Of a DNA stretch of 64,000 nt, positions 10,880-21,408 are shown piece by piece (positions within the stretch are counted from its first letter, which is position 1; each line of letters begins with the position of its first letter). Under the pieces are notes generated by a model. That model had not been told where the DNA came from and ran no database searches. It was given only the letters and a program-made list of their open reading frames with translations. The stretch is from Raillietiella orientalis (taxonomy: Eukaryota), in assembly GCA_036172245.1 (NCBI GenBank), contig JAYWIR010000001.1, positions 8,060,001 to 8,124,000 of the forward strand, given 5' to 3'. The position numbers and the translations under genes are program-made.

Positions 10880-11770
10880 CACCTGGGCTCGCCAGTCGCC
10901 GTTGTATTCGCGCGGCCTGTTGGAATGTCAACGGGCTGCGCGACGACGGTAACAGGAGAGATACAGCCGACACCCTGCGGGAGTTCGACCTGACCCTGTT
11001 GCAGGAGATCCACGTGATCACCGCGGCAGACGTCCAGGAGATCGAAACGATCGCGGGGGGTCGGCTGTACTGGCAATGCGGCATCCGCAACACCTGCGGG
11101 GTCGCGTTCTTCGTGAAGCCGGCCATCGACGCTGCCGTGAAGGGCGTGCGCTTTGATGACGACGGTCGGGTCGGTCAGCTGATTCTCGGCTGGTCCGACT
11201 CGATCGATCTGATCGTCACGAATGTGTACGCCCCCAGCGGAAAACAGAGATACAGCAACCGTACCAGGTTGCTTGAATCCCTGCAGCGCGACTGGCTGGC
11301 GAACACGAGCGTGCGGAAGGCTCACCTGATAGCGGGGATTTCAATCTCCGCCTGCTAACAGGTGAGCCGGAAACACAAGAGAACGCGATGAACGAGTTGT
11401 GCGCCGGCATGCGTGCGCGCAACTTGTTCGCGGGTGAGAGGGGAATGTACCGCAGGATCGACCACGTCTTTCTCGACGCTGAACTGTGTTCACGGGTCGG
11501 CACACGGGGGAGGATTGCGTCGACGCTGTCGGACCATTCCCGGTTAATTTTTGAGATGCGGCCTCGCGACAAGGGACCGCCATCCAGGGATTGGCGTCTG
11601 CCGGGGGACTGGAAGCGACTCTCAGGTGCGAAGGAACACCTTCGCGAATTCCTAATGGGCGTCACGCTGCAGAGTCTCTCGGATTGGGACCTTCTCAAGG
11701 CCTCGGTCGGGGAGTTCTGCGAGCAGTTCCCCCTGGACCGCCTGCCCCCCGGATTCGAGAAACCTCCTTG
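10880..11770 (+). pseudogene. E3 ORF2 endonuclease, start codon lost, frameshifted, truncated after PLDRLPPGF
   Basis: CWNVNGL, LQEIH, NVYAPSG, AG(D)FN (frameshifted), IDHVF, SDH. Confidence 0.88.
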
Positions 11771-11771
11771 C

Positions 11772-12770
11772 AACATCGCCGTCCGCGCCGACTCCATTCG
11801 CCCCGTCGTTGGGGAAGAAATCCGGCTCGAACGAGGTTCCGCAGCGGACAAGCACAAAGTCCGATTGCGCGGGCGTGTCTGGGAGCAATGCTCCTCAAAA
11901 GCCCGCGCAAAAGGACAAAAAGCTTCTCCAAGGTGCTAAAAACAAGCCCCGAGCAAAGCAGTCTGGAAAAAACCTCGGGCAGACTGCAAAACTTCCGCTT
12001 CCGTCCGCTCTCGCTCCGGAGCGAAATAGCGGTGGCACGCCCGGGAAGTCCACCGGAGCGTTGAAAAAGGGGTCGCGCGCCCCTTTGCCAGCGACAGGCA
12101 AGCCGGCCACGGCGGGCCGAACGCCAGCAAAGGCTGAAAAGCCTCGCGCGACCCGCGAGAATCCCGCCACTCTGCCCGCACCTTCCGGTAAGGAGGTGCA
12201 GAAGGCCGACGTGGCGAAGGAGACACTGGCCTCCATCGCCGTATCCGAGGCCTTGTAAAGGATGCCAAGGACCTTGGAAGCCCTCGCGCCCAACCGAGGC
12301 AAACAGGAAGGCGGCGAGGATGGCTGGACCTTCGTCGGGGGAAAGGAGCGCAAACCGCGCGATCCTTCCCACTTCACGATCAAAAAGGTAGGCGGGGTGA
12401 AGAGGCAGCCCCGCGCGCCAAGTAAGGCGCAAGGAAAAGCCCCTGCTGCCGCCGCGCGCGCCGTCGCAAACACCCGCGGCGAGAGGGGAGCTGCCGAAGC
12501 CGTGACCCCGAAAGGGGGATCGGCGACGAAGGCACCCTCTAAAAGTGCTGGACCAGATCCGGGCTGCCAGCAAAAAAAGAGGCAGGCGAAACGCCCGCCG
12601 CGCGCGCGGAATTCGGACTCCGAGGTGGAGTCCGAGGGCAGCACTAAGGCTCGCCAAGCCTCGGTCAAAGCCAGGGCTGCGCGCAAGCCAAAACTTGCCA
12701 GGAAGAGCCTGATGCCGGGAACGGTTCCCGATGCTCCTTGGAGCCCGAGGCAATGGTCCTCGATTCCACC
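11772..12770 (+). pseudogene. E2-type ORF1 C-terminal fragment inserted between the E3 endonuclease and the RT
   Basis: KKRQAKRPPRARNSDSEVESE and EPEAMVLDS match E2 KKRLAKRQSRARHSNSEVESE and ETEAMILGS. Confidence 0.8.
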
Positions 12771-15167
12771 GAGCCGGATCGTTTCAGGTTGGCGGAACCG
12801 TTCACGATGGTGGAGATCACTTCCGCCATCGCAAAGTTAAAGAAAAGGAAGACACCAGGGGAGGACGGCCTGCCCGCGGAGTTTTACCATCGCTTCGCGC
12901 CAGAGCTGGCCCCCCTGGTGCTCAGGTTAAGTACGATGATCCGCGAACACGGCGAAGTTCCCGCCTCGTTCCGGTCAGCAAAAGTACGTCTCCTGCCGAA
13001 ATCAGGAGACTTACGCAACATTGGCAACTGGCGTCCCATCACAGTAGTGAATGCGGACGCAAAGTTGTATGTCAAGTTGTGGGCTGAGCGTTTGGGGCGG
13101 GTGGCCGCTTCCGTGGTGAGTCCCGAGCAGACCTACGCTGTTCCCGGACGAACCATGGAGGCCAACCTGCTCCTCGCCAGCTCATGGTGGCAGTTGCGAC
13201 AACGCGTTGCTCAGGATGGTCAAGGGAGCCTTGCGCTTCCCTCTGACCAAGAGGATCATGCAGAGGATAGGATGGACTCGGCGGGAGCCTTTGCCGTCGC
13301 GATCGATTTGCACAAAGCATTCGACTGCGTCGACCAGGATCTCCTTCTAGAGCTCCTGGAACGCATGGGTTTCCCGTCCGTGCTCCGGTCTTAACTGCGC
13401 TCCTGCTGGCGCAACGCGTATATAAATATTGGTTTCAGCGGCCGGCACGTGTACGGCGTGCCAGTACGCCGTGGCATCCGGCAGGGTGACAGCCTGAGCC
13501 CCTTGCTCTTCAGCATCTACTTCGAGTTGGTGCTGAGGGCATACAGGGTAACTCTGGCAACTCTGCCGAGCTCCTGTGCCGGCACGCCTGCCGTGTCGGC
13601 CTATGCAAACGATCTTCTGCTGCTGCTTCCCGGGTCCACCCCGGCAAGTGCGCTCGAGGAATTCTTAGAGTTGCTGCGCCGCGGGACGGGCCTTGAGGTG
13701 AACAGGGCGAAGTCATCGATGGCTTGTGTTGGCTCGGCGTGGGCTGGACGGTCGGACTGGATCCGCTTGGGGATCCCCACGGGCAGGTGCTTCAAGTTCC
13801 TTGGCGTTCCGTTGGGGGACTTCTGCGCAGCAGAAGCCTGGTCCGACCGTCTCCAAAAGGCAGCGTTGGCGACCGTTCCGTTCCAAGAAAGCAAGTTCTA
13901 CGTGCAGGAAGGGGCCGCGGTGTGGAACGCGTTTGCGGTCCCCCTCCTTCGCCCCCTACTTTTTGTATGCCCCGCCCCTTATTTTATTCGGAAACGAGCA
14001 GCGGGCCTCCTGAGGACAGTCCTTTAGGGCAAAGGGAGGTCCCGTGTGAGGCTCAAAGACTTGTGCGCTCCACGTAAGGACGGTGGACTTGGCGTACTTA
14101 CGCTGGAGCGCATGGAACTGCAACTCCAATTCAGGACTCTCGCCCTCGCGGCCGAATTGTGGGACACGCCTTGGAGCGTTCCAGCACGCTCCCAACGAGC
14201 CTGCGGATCCGGCGGACTTTTGTCGTTTCTGTCTGCGCGCGTCTGCAGAAGAGCACACTGTGGCTCTATGCTGCGACGCATCTTCGTTGCGGTTCGGGAG
14301 AACGCCTGGATCTCCTGCCTCCCAGGGAACTACTCTGCCTGGTTGCACGAGTCAGTCTCCACCTGGGAAAAGATCTACGTACCGGCGGGCACAAGGAACA
14401 CTTGCCTGAAAAGGCACGCCCGCTGGACGCTGCAGGAGATCGTGCAGTCCCACGACAAGCTTCTGTGGGCCTTGATAACCCCCCTCGCCCCAGTGCTGCG
14501 CTTCCATGTGAATGCCAGGGACAGTAGCGAGCAGGGGAAATGGACCGTGTCCTGCACCATAGTCGGCAGGACACAATCGATAAAGGCGTGGACATCTCAG
14601 CAGCTAGCTGACGCTGCGACGCCGAGTGTCCCGCGCAACGGAATTCGACGCTGGGGCGAGCTACTCGGACTATCTCCGGAGGAGATGAAGTGGCCCCCAG
14701 CGTCCTGGAACAGTGCATCCCTCCCCCTGAAATGGTAGGATGTGGCGTTGCTTGTGGTACTCTGGGGATTACCATTCAAAGCACGCCTGCACCACACCAC
14801 CCGGGGGGCTGTGGATCCTAATTGTGACCGGTGTGGGGAAAAAGAAACATTCCCCCACCTTCTCCTTGAGTACAGCGCCCTCCGCCCTTTGTGGGATCGT
14901 CTCGCGGCGATCCTGGACTTGCACGGATGCGGCGCAAAGGACGTTTTAAGGCGCCTCTTCTGTAGTGACGCCTTGTCCCCGCCCGCTAGGGTAGCAGTCC
15001 TCTGCTGCATCAGAGGAATAGTGGCGGCTTGGAACGGCACCAGAAGAAGGCGTCAGCCAACCGGCAACGCCTTACACCGGATTCAGCTTTTCGCGCGCAG
15101 TGTCTGCAAGTGGCGCCACTTAGGCGCTGAAAGGACTCAGCTTGTGCGGATCCTGAATAGGATCTAG
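12770..15167 (+). pseudogene. L1/Tx1-like ORF2 RT to C-terminus with in-frame stops and YADD changed to YAND
   Basis: PGEDGLPAEFY, NWRPIT, IDLHKAFD, GIRQGDSLSP, YAND, DGGLG, CDRCGEKETFPHLL; stops at 13394, 14027 and 14738. Confidence 0.93.
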
Positions 15168-15392
15168 AGGACCTGTCCACGCGCACCGTGATCCCTTCCC
15201 CGTCCTCCCACCCCTACAACATTTGTTCCCCCCCACATTTGAACTTTTTGTTTCTTTTTGTTTTTCTTTATTTCCCATCCCCGCGCATCGGAAGGACCTC
15301 TCCAGCATGGAGCCGCTAACCAGCAAGCTGTTTTGGAGTGGTGAACCTTCGGGTTCGCCATGCGACATTTCGATGTAATTTTATTTCAATGA

Positions 15393-15416
15393 AATAAATG
15401 CCCCGGCACATCCGGG
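15393..15416 (+). terminator. Family 3'-terminal signal AATAAA + CCCGG-CACAT-CCGGG
   Basis: Homologous to 5474-5497 and preceded by a GAACC-TTCG-GGTTC hairpin at about 15343-15356. Confidence 0.7.
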
Positions 15417-15429
15417 TGTGAATCGCCAC

Positions 15430-16444
15430 GGCGCGCGCGAGGACGGACGTGCTTTTGTGGTGCTCCGCGTTTTTCTCGCGAGTGGTCTCTGTGTTTTAGG
15501 TTTGAGCGGTTGTTCCTGGGCAGAGATGCCCGAGGACGCCGCCAAGACGGCGGAGGGGGGCGAGCGAGCCTCGTCCCCCCAGCCCATGTATGGGGGGCAT
15601 CTCCCCCACGGAATCGTCCCCCGCCCCGGAGAGAGCTTGGAGCGCGGTGGTGGCGGCGCCTGCGCCGCCCCCCGCAGAGGGACAGAGGGCGTATATGGCC
15701 GACGGGTACAACCCGGCCCTGCTTTATAAGGTAGGTGGCCTATACTCCCCCGCGGTCTTGCGGTCCTTCGCCGCGGAATTCAAAAAGTTAAAAGTCCCGG
15801 AGGAAGAAGTCTTTGGGCTTTCGGTAAGAAGTGGCGGGCAGCTTGTTGAGCTAAACTGCAAGTCTGCAGGGATGGCTAAACAGCTGCTCCGCCTGCCGGT
15901 GAGCGTGAACGGGAGAAGAATTTTCCCGTTCACGGCGGACAATTCCATCGTTGTCCACCTCACCGGTATAACCATGCGAATGGCAAAGACCGCCGTTCGC
16001 AAAAGTCATGAAAAGTTCGGGACGGTCCACGTGTTGTGGGCAAAACCCAATCTCCTGGGTTACACCAGGGCTTTTAGTGGTTACGCCGCTGCCCGCGTGA
16101 CCGTCCGAACCGAGGGTGTGCTACCCCACAGACTACAGGTCGGAGAAGAGCATATCGACCTGTGGTATGTGGGGATACCCGTGTACTGCGGCTTCTGCCA
16201 GGTGTCGGGGCTCCTGAAAAGAAAATGCCCCAACATCGTGTGCCTATGCTGCGGTGAGAAGGGACACATCAGGCGGATGTGCCCCCAACGCAAGAGGCCC
16301 GTTCGAGTAGGCGAAAACAAGGAAGTGCCGAAGGAACAGGGCAACAGCCAGCAAATGGTAGAGTCCCGCCCTGCCCCCCAACCTGCTCCTCAGTCATCCT
16401 CCAGCACCGAACCAGCTGGAGAAAAAGACGAGCGTTACCCGTAA
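15430..16444 (+). pseudogene. E4 5'UTR and ORF1 (ATG 15526, frameshift near 15590), truncated at the viral cluster
   Basis: GGACGTGCTTTTGTGGTGCTCC 5'UTR motif; RAWSAVV, GYNPALLYKVG, CGFCQVSG..C, CLCCGEKGHIRRMC. Confidence 0.88.
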
Positions 16445-16625
16445 AGATAAGGAAAATAATGAGCACATGCAATACGGCTTCATCGAAAGTTCGAAAAATG
16501 TAATCACTTCTGATTCCATATACCAGGGAAGTCTCAAATACTTTCAGCCTCTTCACATTATCTGCTTTGCTAATTGGCAGCCTGACTTCGCAAAACTTTC
16601 CACTGACAGATGGATCATTCATAAC
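16445..16625 (+). pseudogene. rep: Endogenous CRESS-DNA virus Rep 1, C-terminal SF3 helicase fragment
   Basis: QYGFIESSKN...YQGSLKYFQPLHIICFANWQPDFAKLSTDRW contains motif C and the arginine finger; homologous to the three other Reps. Confidence 0.85.
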
Positions 16626-16976
16626 AACTCCTCTACAAGCATCAGCAAAAGGGTTCCTTGGCAAATTGGACAAGGAAGCATTCTCCCATGGCCTGTTTCT
16701 TCAAGTTCTAATATAGAAACAGCCCCTGACTCGCCTGCTACCTCATCAATATCCACACCTTGCGGAGCGTCACCCGCATGCGCCACAGAAAACGAGTTTG
16801 CCTAACCTTTGAGGTAACTCGCCTCAATGTTGGAAGCCAATTCGTGGATTTCCTGCCGCCCATTAAACTATAATGATTGGCAGCTAGAATCTATTGAGTT
16901 TTCGGCTGCATTTTAGGGAATCAGTCCCGAAGATCTTCTCCCCCTGCGTCAATTTCAACCTTGGTCACTCCAAGAT

Positions 16977-17471
16977 GTGATGCAGGACGAGATGAATAGA
17001 GGGTCAGATAACTGCGCAATCTGGGTAATACTGACCAGATTGCGCAGTTATCAGTCTAACTACGCAGTTAAATTTGTTGATATGAAGTACAGTGATCGCA
17101 TGAAGAATTTAGCTTGGCATCAGAGGAAGAGGACTTCCTTTTTTTATAAATTTAAAGAAAGAGATGTGTCTGTGTACTGTAGAAGTTGTGTTGAAAAGCA
17201 GTCTGTAGTGACATCTAAGGGTGATTCTGTGATATATTATCGATCTAAATGTCCTTGGCTTAGTACTGAAAAGCAAACTGAAATGAGCTCTTATGTGTTG
17301 ACTGGTCATTCTATAATAGCGAAGCATGTAGTGGGATTCAAGGTTCCAGCTGAATGGACTCAACAGAAAGCTATCCAGGAAAATAATGTTATTCAAAAAA
17401 ATGCTCCAATGTTTAGAATTTGGAGAAAATTTTATTCGCAATTCAAAGGGCTTAGGGATATAAGATATTAA
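16977..17471 (+). CDS. Putative CRESS/circovirus-like capsid protein (C-terminal part)
   Basis: Lies between Reps. KCPWLST and terminal FYSQFKGLR resemble C-terminal motifs of circovirus-like capsids (recognised from memory, not searched). Confidence 0.45.
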   Translation: MMQDEMNRGSDNCAIWVILTRLRSYQSNYAVKFVDMKYSDRMKNLAWHQRKRTSFFYKFKERDVSVYCRSCVEKQSVVTSKGDSVIYYRSKCPWLSTEKQTEMSSYVLTGHSIIAKHVVGFKVPAEWTQQKAIQENNVIQKNAPMFRIWRKFYSQFKGLRDIRY

Positions 17472-17640
17472 CGTCCTGAAGAACACATACTACTTATTGG
17501 ATATTTGGTTGTTCTATTTGATTCATTAATGAAATGCACAATCCATCTGTCTGAAAACATCTTTTCATAATTTGGATCTGTGTTAGTATATAAGCCACCA
17601 AACATCCGATCCACAGTCACACCATTAGTGAATTACCAAC

Positions 17641-18560
17641 ATGCCTTATGAATTTTTTTTTCAATTGATGCCTTACATTGTATAACTACTCCGAAAACTT
17701 CAGAGCTATCAAACAATGGTGCAGATGCAACTGCCACTTTGCCTGTATTGGCAGAGAAACGGCAGATACCGGTACACCGCACTACAGGGCTACTTGTTAT
17801 TGAAGGAACCGAGGAGAATGCCTGGTTTGCACCGAAAGCCTTTTCACAAGTGTCACCTGGAAAAGGCAAAAGGTTCACCTCAGAGCAACCTGAAGTACTG
17901 CACCAAGCAGGACAAAGAAGCATGGGTTTACGGAGCACTGAACGAAGACGCAGAAGCAAAAGCTTATGAAGAACAAGCAAACTGCGTAGTTGACTATTTC
18001 AAGGTCATTTTCTTTTCAGATCCTACAACTCATCGAAAATGGCGCAGGCGAACAGTTCATTCTCAAGCACCATACGAAGTTTTACGCAAAGAACATCAAC
18101 TTTACAAAAGAATGTTTCCGATTATCCCGCAGCAGAACACATCCCGACCCACTCGCTCATCTTCAGCTCAAAGAATGGCAACTTAAAATCTTAGACATTA
18201 TACGACATCAACCTCACGAGAGTAAAATATATTGGTTCTACGACCCAGCTGGTAACGCCGAGAAGAGAAGGATGGCCAAATTTCTCTTCCTTAAAAAAAA
18301 GGCCATCTACATGCATTCCTGCAGGAAGGCCGATGCGGTATATCTACAACGGAGAATTATCTCACTGACTTCACCCGGGACAACCAGGAACATGTGCAGT
18401 ATGGATTCATAGAAAGCCTAAAAAACGGTATCATCTTCGACGGCAAGTATCAAGGCTCCATTAAATACTTTGAGCCACCACACATACTGGTTTTCGATAA
18501 TTGGGAACCAGACTACAACAAAATGTCAACGGACAAAGACGGATTATCAATAACATCTCC
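17641..18560 (+). pseudogene. rep: Endogenous CRESS-DNA virus Rep 2, full length and frameshifted
   Basis: Motif I CLTLYNY, II TP(H)LQGY, III YCTK; WFYDPAGNAEK (decayed Walker A), DFTRD, YGFIESLKNG, GKYQG, PHILVFDN. TATATAA at 17587. Confidence 0.92.
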
Positions 18561-19055
18561 AGTAAATCTCTTTCCAAGAACTGACTGCTGCAAAATGAAC
18601 CTTAATGTAGGCCCAATCAAGGGGAGCAGACAAAGTCTTAACTTATATTCGTTTCTATACTTAGCTGCTCCTGGGGAAAGTATCATGGCTAGGTATCAAT
18701 CTCGAACAAATCTGGCCCAGCTTGTATCGACTGTCAACGCTACAGCCCCTAATGTCACAGCAGAGGGTTTACCTACTGCCCTGACATTAGGGGCCTGACA
18801 TCCATACCTTGTCCGACTGAAGACTGTGTTCCCATCCACTGCTACTGAACTACGAAACAGAGACGAATCTGACAGGTCGCCTAGCAAGCATTCCTGGGGC
18901 AGTCACTTATGAAATCATCTACTTCTGTGAAACGTACGGAATTTAGAACCCGATACAAGATAACCGGCAGCCCGAAAACATGCACTTGTTATCATTGGCA
19001 TGCATAGCAAACTCCAACTTCTAACTACATTTCCGAAAATGCTTGCGGCGCAGAA

Positions 19056-19084
19056 AATTCCTGCTAGCGTCGCAAGCAGGAATT
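19056..19084. repeat. Imperfect hairpin AATTCCTGCT-agcgtcgca-AGCAGGAATT upstream of Rep 3
   Basis: 10-bp perfect arms read directly from the sequence. Confidence 0.7.
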
Positions 19085-19279
19085 GGCTGCATCCTTGCAT
19101 AAGCGTGAGCATCAGAATGTGCAGATACAGCGCCTTCGTGCTGCGCGAAAGCTCCTGGTGTGCTTGCTAAATTGAAAAACGTCTAACACAAGACGTAAGT
19201 AGTGTTCCCCATTTCTGCATCACCCTATAATACCACCTTTCCCTCTCTGGTTCATCGAAACATCCAACAAATAGCAGAA

Positions 19280-19830
19280 CAACCCGTAAGACTCAACACC
19301 TACAGGATATAGTGTACAAAACCTATACTTGACCTAACAAGAATACTGCAGAAAACATAGCTAGCCCATTCCAGTTCGATGAGAGGTTAGTGGTTCAATT
19401 GTTCGTCGAAATGGGTATCATCACGATGGAGCACCATCAGAATCAACGTCTCCTTGTGATCATATCGATGCAAAGAACCAAACCAACGTGATATGCACTG
19501 GTACGCTGACTACCAGGAAAACAGCGGAAAAACCATTATTGCAAAACACATCTACATAAACTACCATGCGATCTACCTAACTGCAAGAAAGCAGACTCAT
19601 CCTTCATGAACAACGTAGAAAAAGGTAGAAACGTCATCATGGACTTGACTAAAGGCCACGCAAGAAACAGTAAACTATGGACTTATTGGAACCATAAAAA
19701 ATGGTATATGCTCTATGAAATACCAAGGGCACGTAAAGCTTTATAATCCACCTCATGTCATGGTATTCGCAAATACAGACCCGAACTACAAGATGTCGTC
19801 TGACATTTGGATTGTTCACTTCATTACTGA
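19280..19830 (+). pseudogene. rep: Endogenous CRESS-DNA virus Rep 3, internally deleted
   Basis: HLQD and YCRK remnants; WYADYQENSGKT (Walker A), VIMDL, VNYGLIGTIKNG, KYQG, PPHVMVFAN. Confidence 0.85.
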
Positions 19831-20000
19831 ACACAATAAGAACAAATTATTTTATAAATCTGGAATCAAAAGTACAAGCCGCTGATATCGTACATTAAAG
19901 AGATGTAGTTCTACATCCCGTAAAAGCAAAATAAAATCCTGTAAATAATCCAAACAAAGTTTACTTTTTTTAATTTCCAGTATGGGAAACTATTCCAGTT

Positions 20001-20056
20001 TTTTGTCGGTTCTCACGAACACTGACTAGATTCAGTGTTCGTGAGAACCGACAAAA
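20001..20056. repeat. Perfect 25-bp inverted repeat with 6-nt spacer CTAGAT
   Basis: Arms TTTTGTCGGTTCTCACGAACACTGA (20001-20025) and TCAGTGTTCGTGAGAACCGACAAAA (20032-20056). Confidence 0.97.
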
Positions 20057-20566
20057 TGTTCATGCCTTGCTATCTATGAACAGCTATTGCTTATCTAAAA
20101 ACCCATTGAGTAGTACCTGAAGCGACATATAAGTGTTGATGCCAGTCCAGCTACATAAGCAACGTTTACCCAGTACCATTTAGATGAAATGGAACTACTG
20201 TGCCTCCATGGACTGTACAGTCTGTTTCTGTATGGTGTTATGCACACTCGTAATGCTGATGGAGAAAATGTTGATGTTGATTGCAATCTCACAGCTGAGT
20301 CAACGGCATTTACTCATAATCAAGTTTCACGTTTGACTACTAGTACCAAGCAGTGGACTAAATAGGTGTTCATATTGCTCCTATCCACCAAAACATTATT
20401 TCAACAAAACATTATTTGCAGTATCCATCTAGCGGGTTCCTATCATCTATCCTAAAACCAGTCATAAGAGGGGAAACCAATTGGGGTTCATAACAATCTT
20501 CATACTAATGCCTTTTAGTCTGACAGGTGTTTAATTGAAAGTGACTTGAGGCAGTAATTGCTCGAT

Positions 20567-21305
20567 ATGGCTGACCAGTTTGAGCAAGAAGCTGAAACCA
20601 ATTACGACCGATTCTCGGCAGCTTTGCCAGAGCTATCGAGCTCGGTCAGACAACTGACACGGACATTGCGTTGCCAGAAGACAAAAAACTCACCCGTATA
20701 CCTGCCTACCAACCAAAGTGCGTTCATAAAAAACGTTGCAGCTTCCGCTATTGGCTGGTTATACCAGTCCAAGTATTGGAAAGATGCAGCACTCACTCTT
20801 ATGATAAACGGTATATATGCGCTATTCACATATGACATGATAAGATACCGAAAAATTAACCAGCACTTGGTGCCCGATGGAGATTGGCGCCCAACTGGGA
20901 ATAGACGAGATGACAAACGCACAAAGTACAGGAGGCTTGGCACAAATCAATAAACAAACAGCAGTGAACTGTATGGTTCTAGTGATTGCGACAAAAGTCT
21001 CATGGTGGTTGACGAATCACCATGTGGACGTGCGTAAAGATCAAACCAAAGGAGCTGGTTTTCCGCTCAAAGTGTGAAAAGCTCTGTTCGACAAAGTCAC
21101 TATGTCGGATGAGCGAGGTATGGAGATAGCCTACACCTTAGGGCATTATTGTAGCACCCTCCGAATTTTGGAACTAGCAGAGATGCAAGGCATATTGGAA
21201 TCCTTCGGGATAGGAACAGTTGGTGCACCCCCTAAACCTGTCACAATCTCGCAGGATGCCTTGATGAGATTTCAGTCTCCTGCTGGGACTCATCGCCCAC
21301 ATTAG
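20567..21305 (+). pseudogene. Probable endogenous qinvirus-like (-)ssRNA virus nucleoprotein, disrupted (the frame may extend back to about 20100)
   Basis: Ordered blocks IATKVSWWLTNHHV, GFPLKV, TLGHYCSTLRIL and DALMRFQSPAGTH match my recollection of the qin-like N signature ATKxxWWxTNHH...GHWxST...DAxLR..PAGTH. No introns. Confidence 0.5.
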
Positions 21306-21408
21306 AAAACAAACAAGAAAACCAAAGGAAGACTTCCCGACGACAAACTAGACCTACCATCCCAATGATCATAAACAGTTTTATTGCCAATTAAAATTTC
21401 TAGTTACT

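Noticed and set aside
6851-12753. Long antisense ORFs (6851..7825 plus, 11695..12753 minus)
   Set aside because: Shadow frames of GC-rich, low-complexity ORF1 tails.
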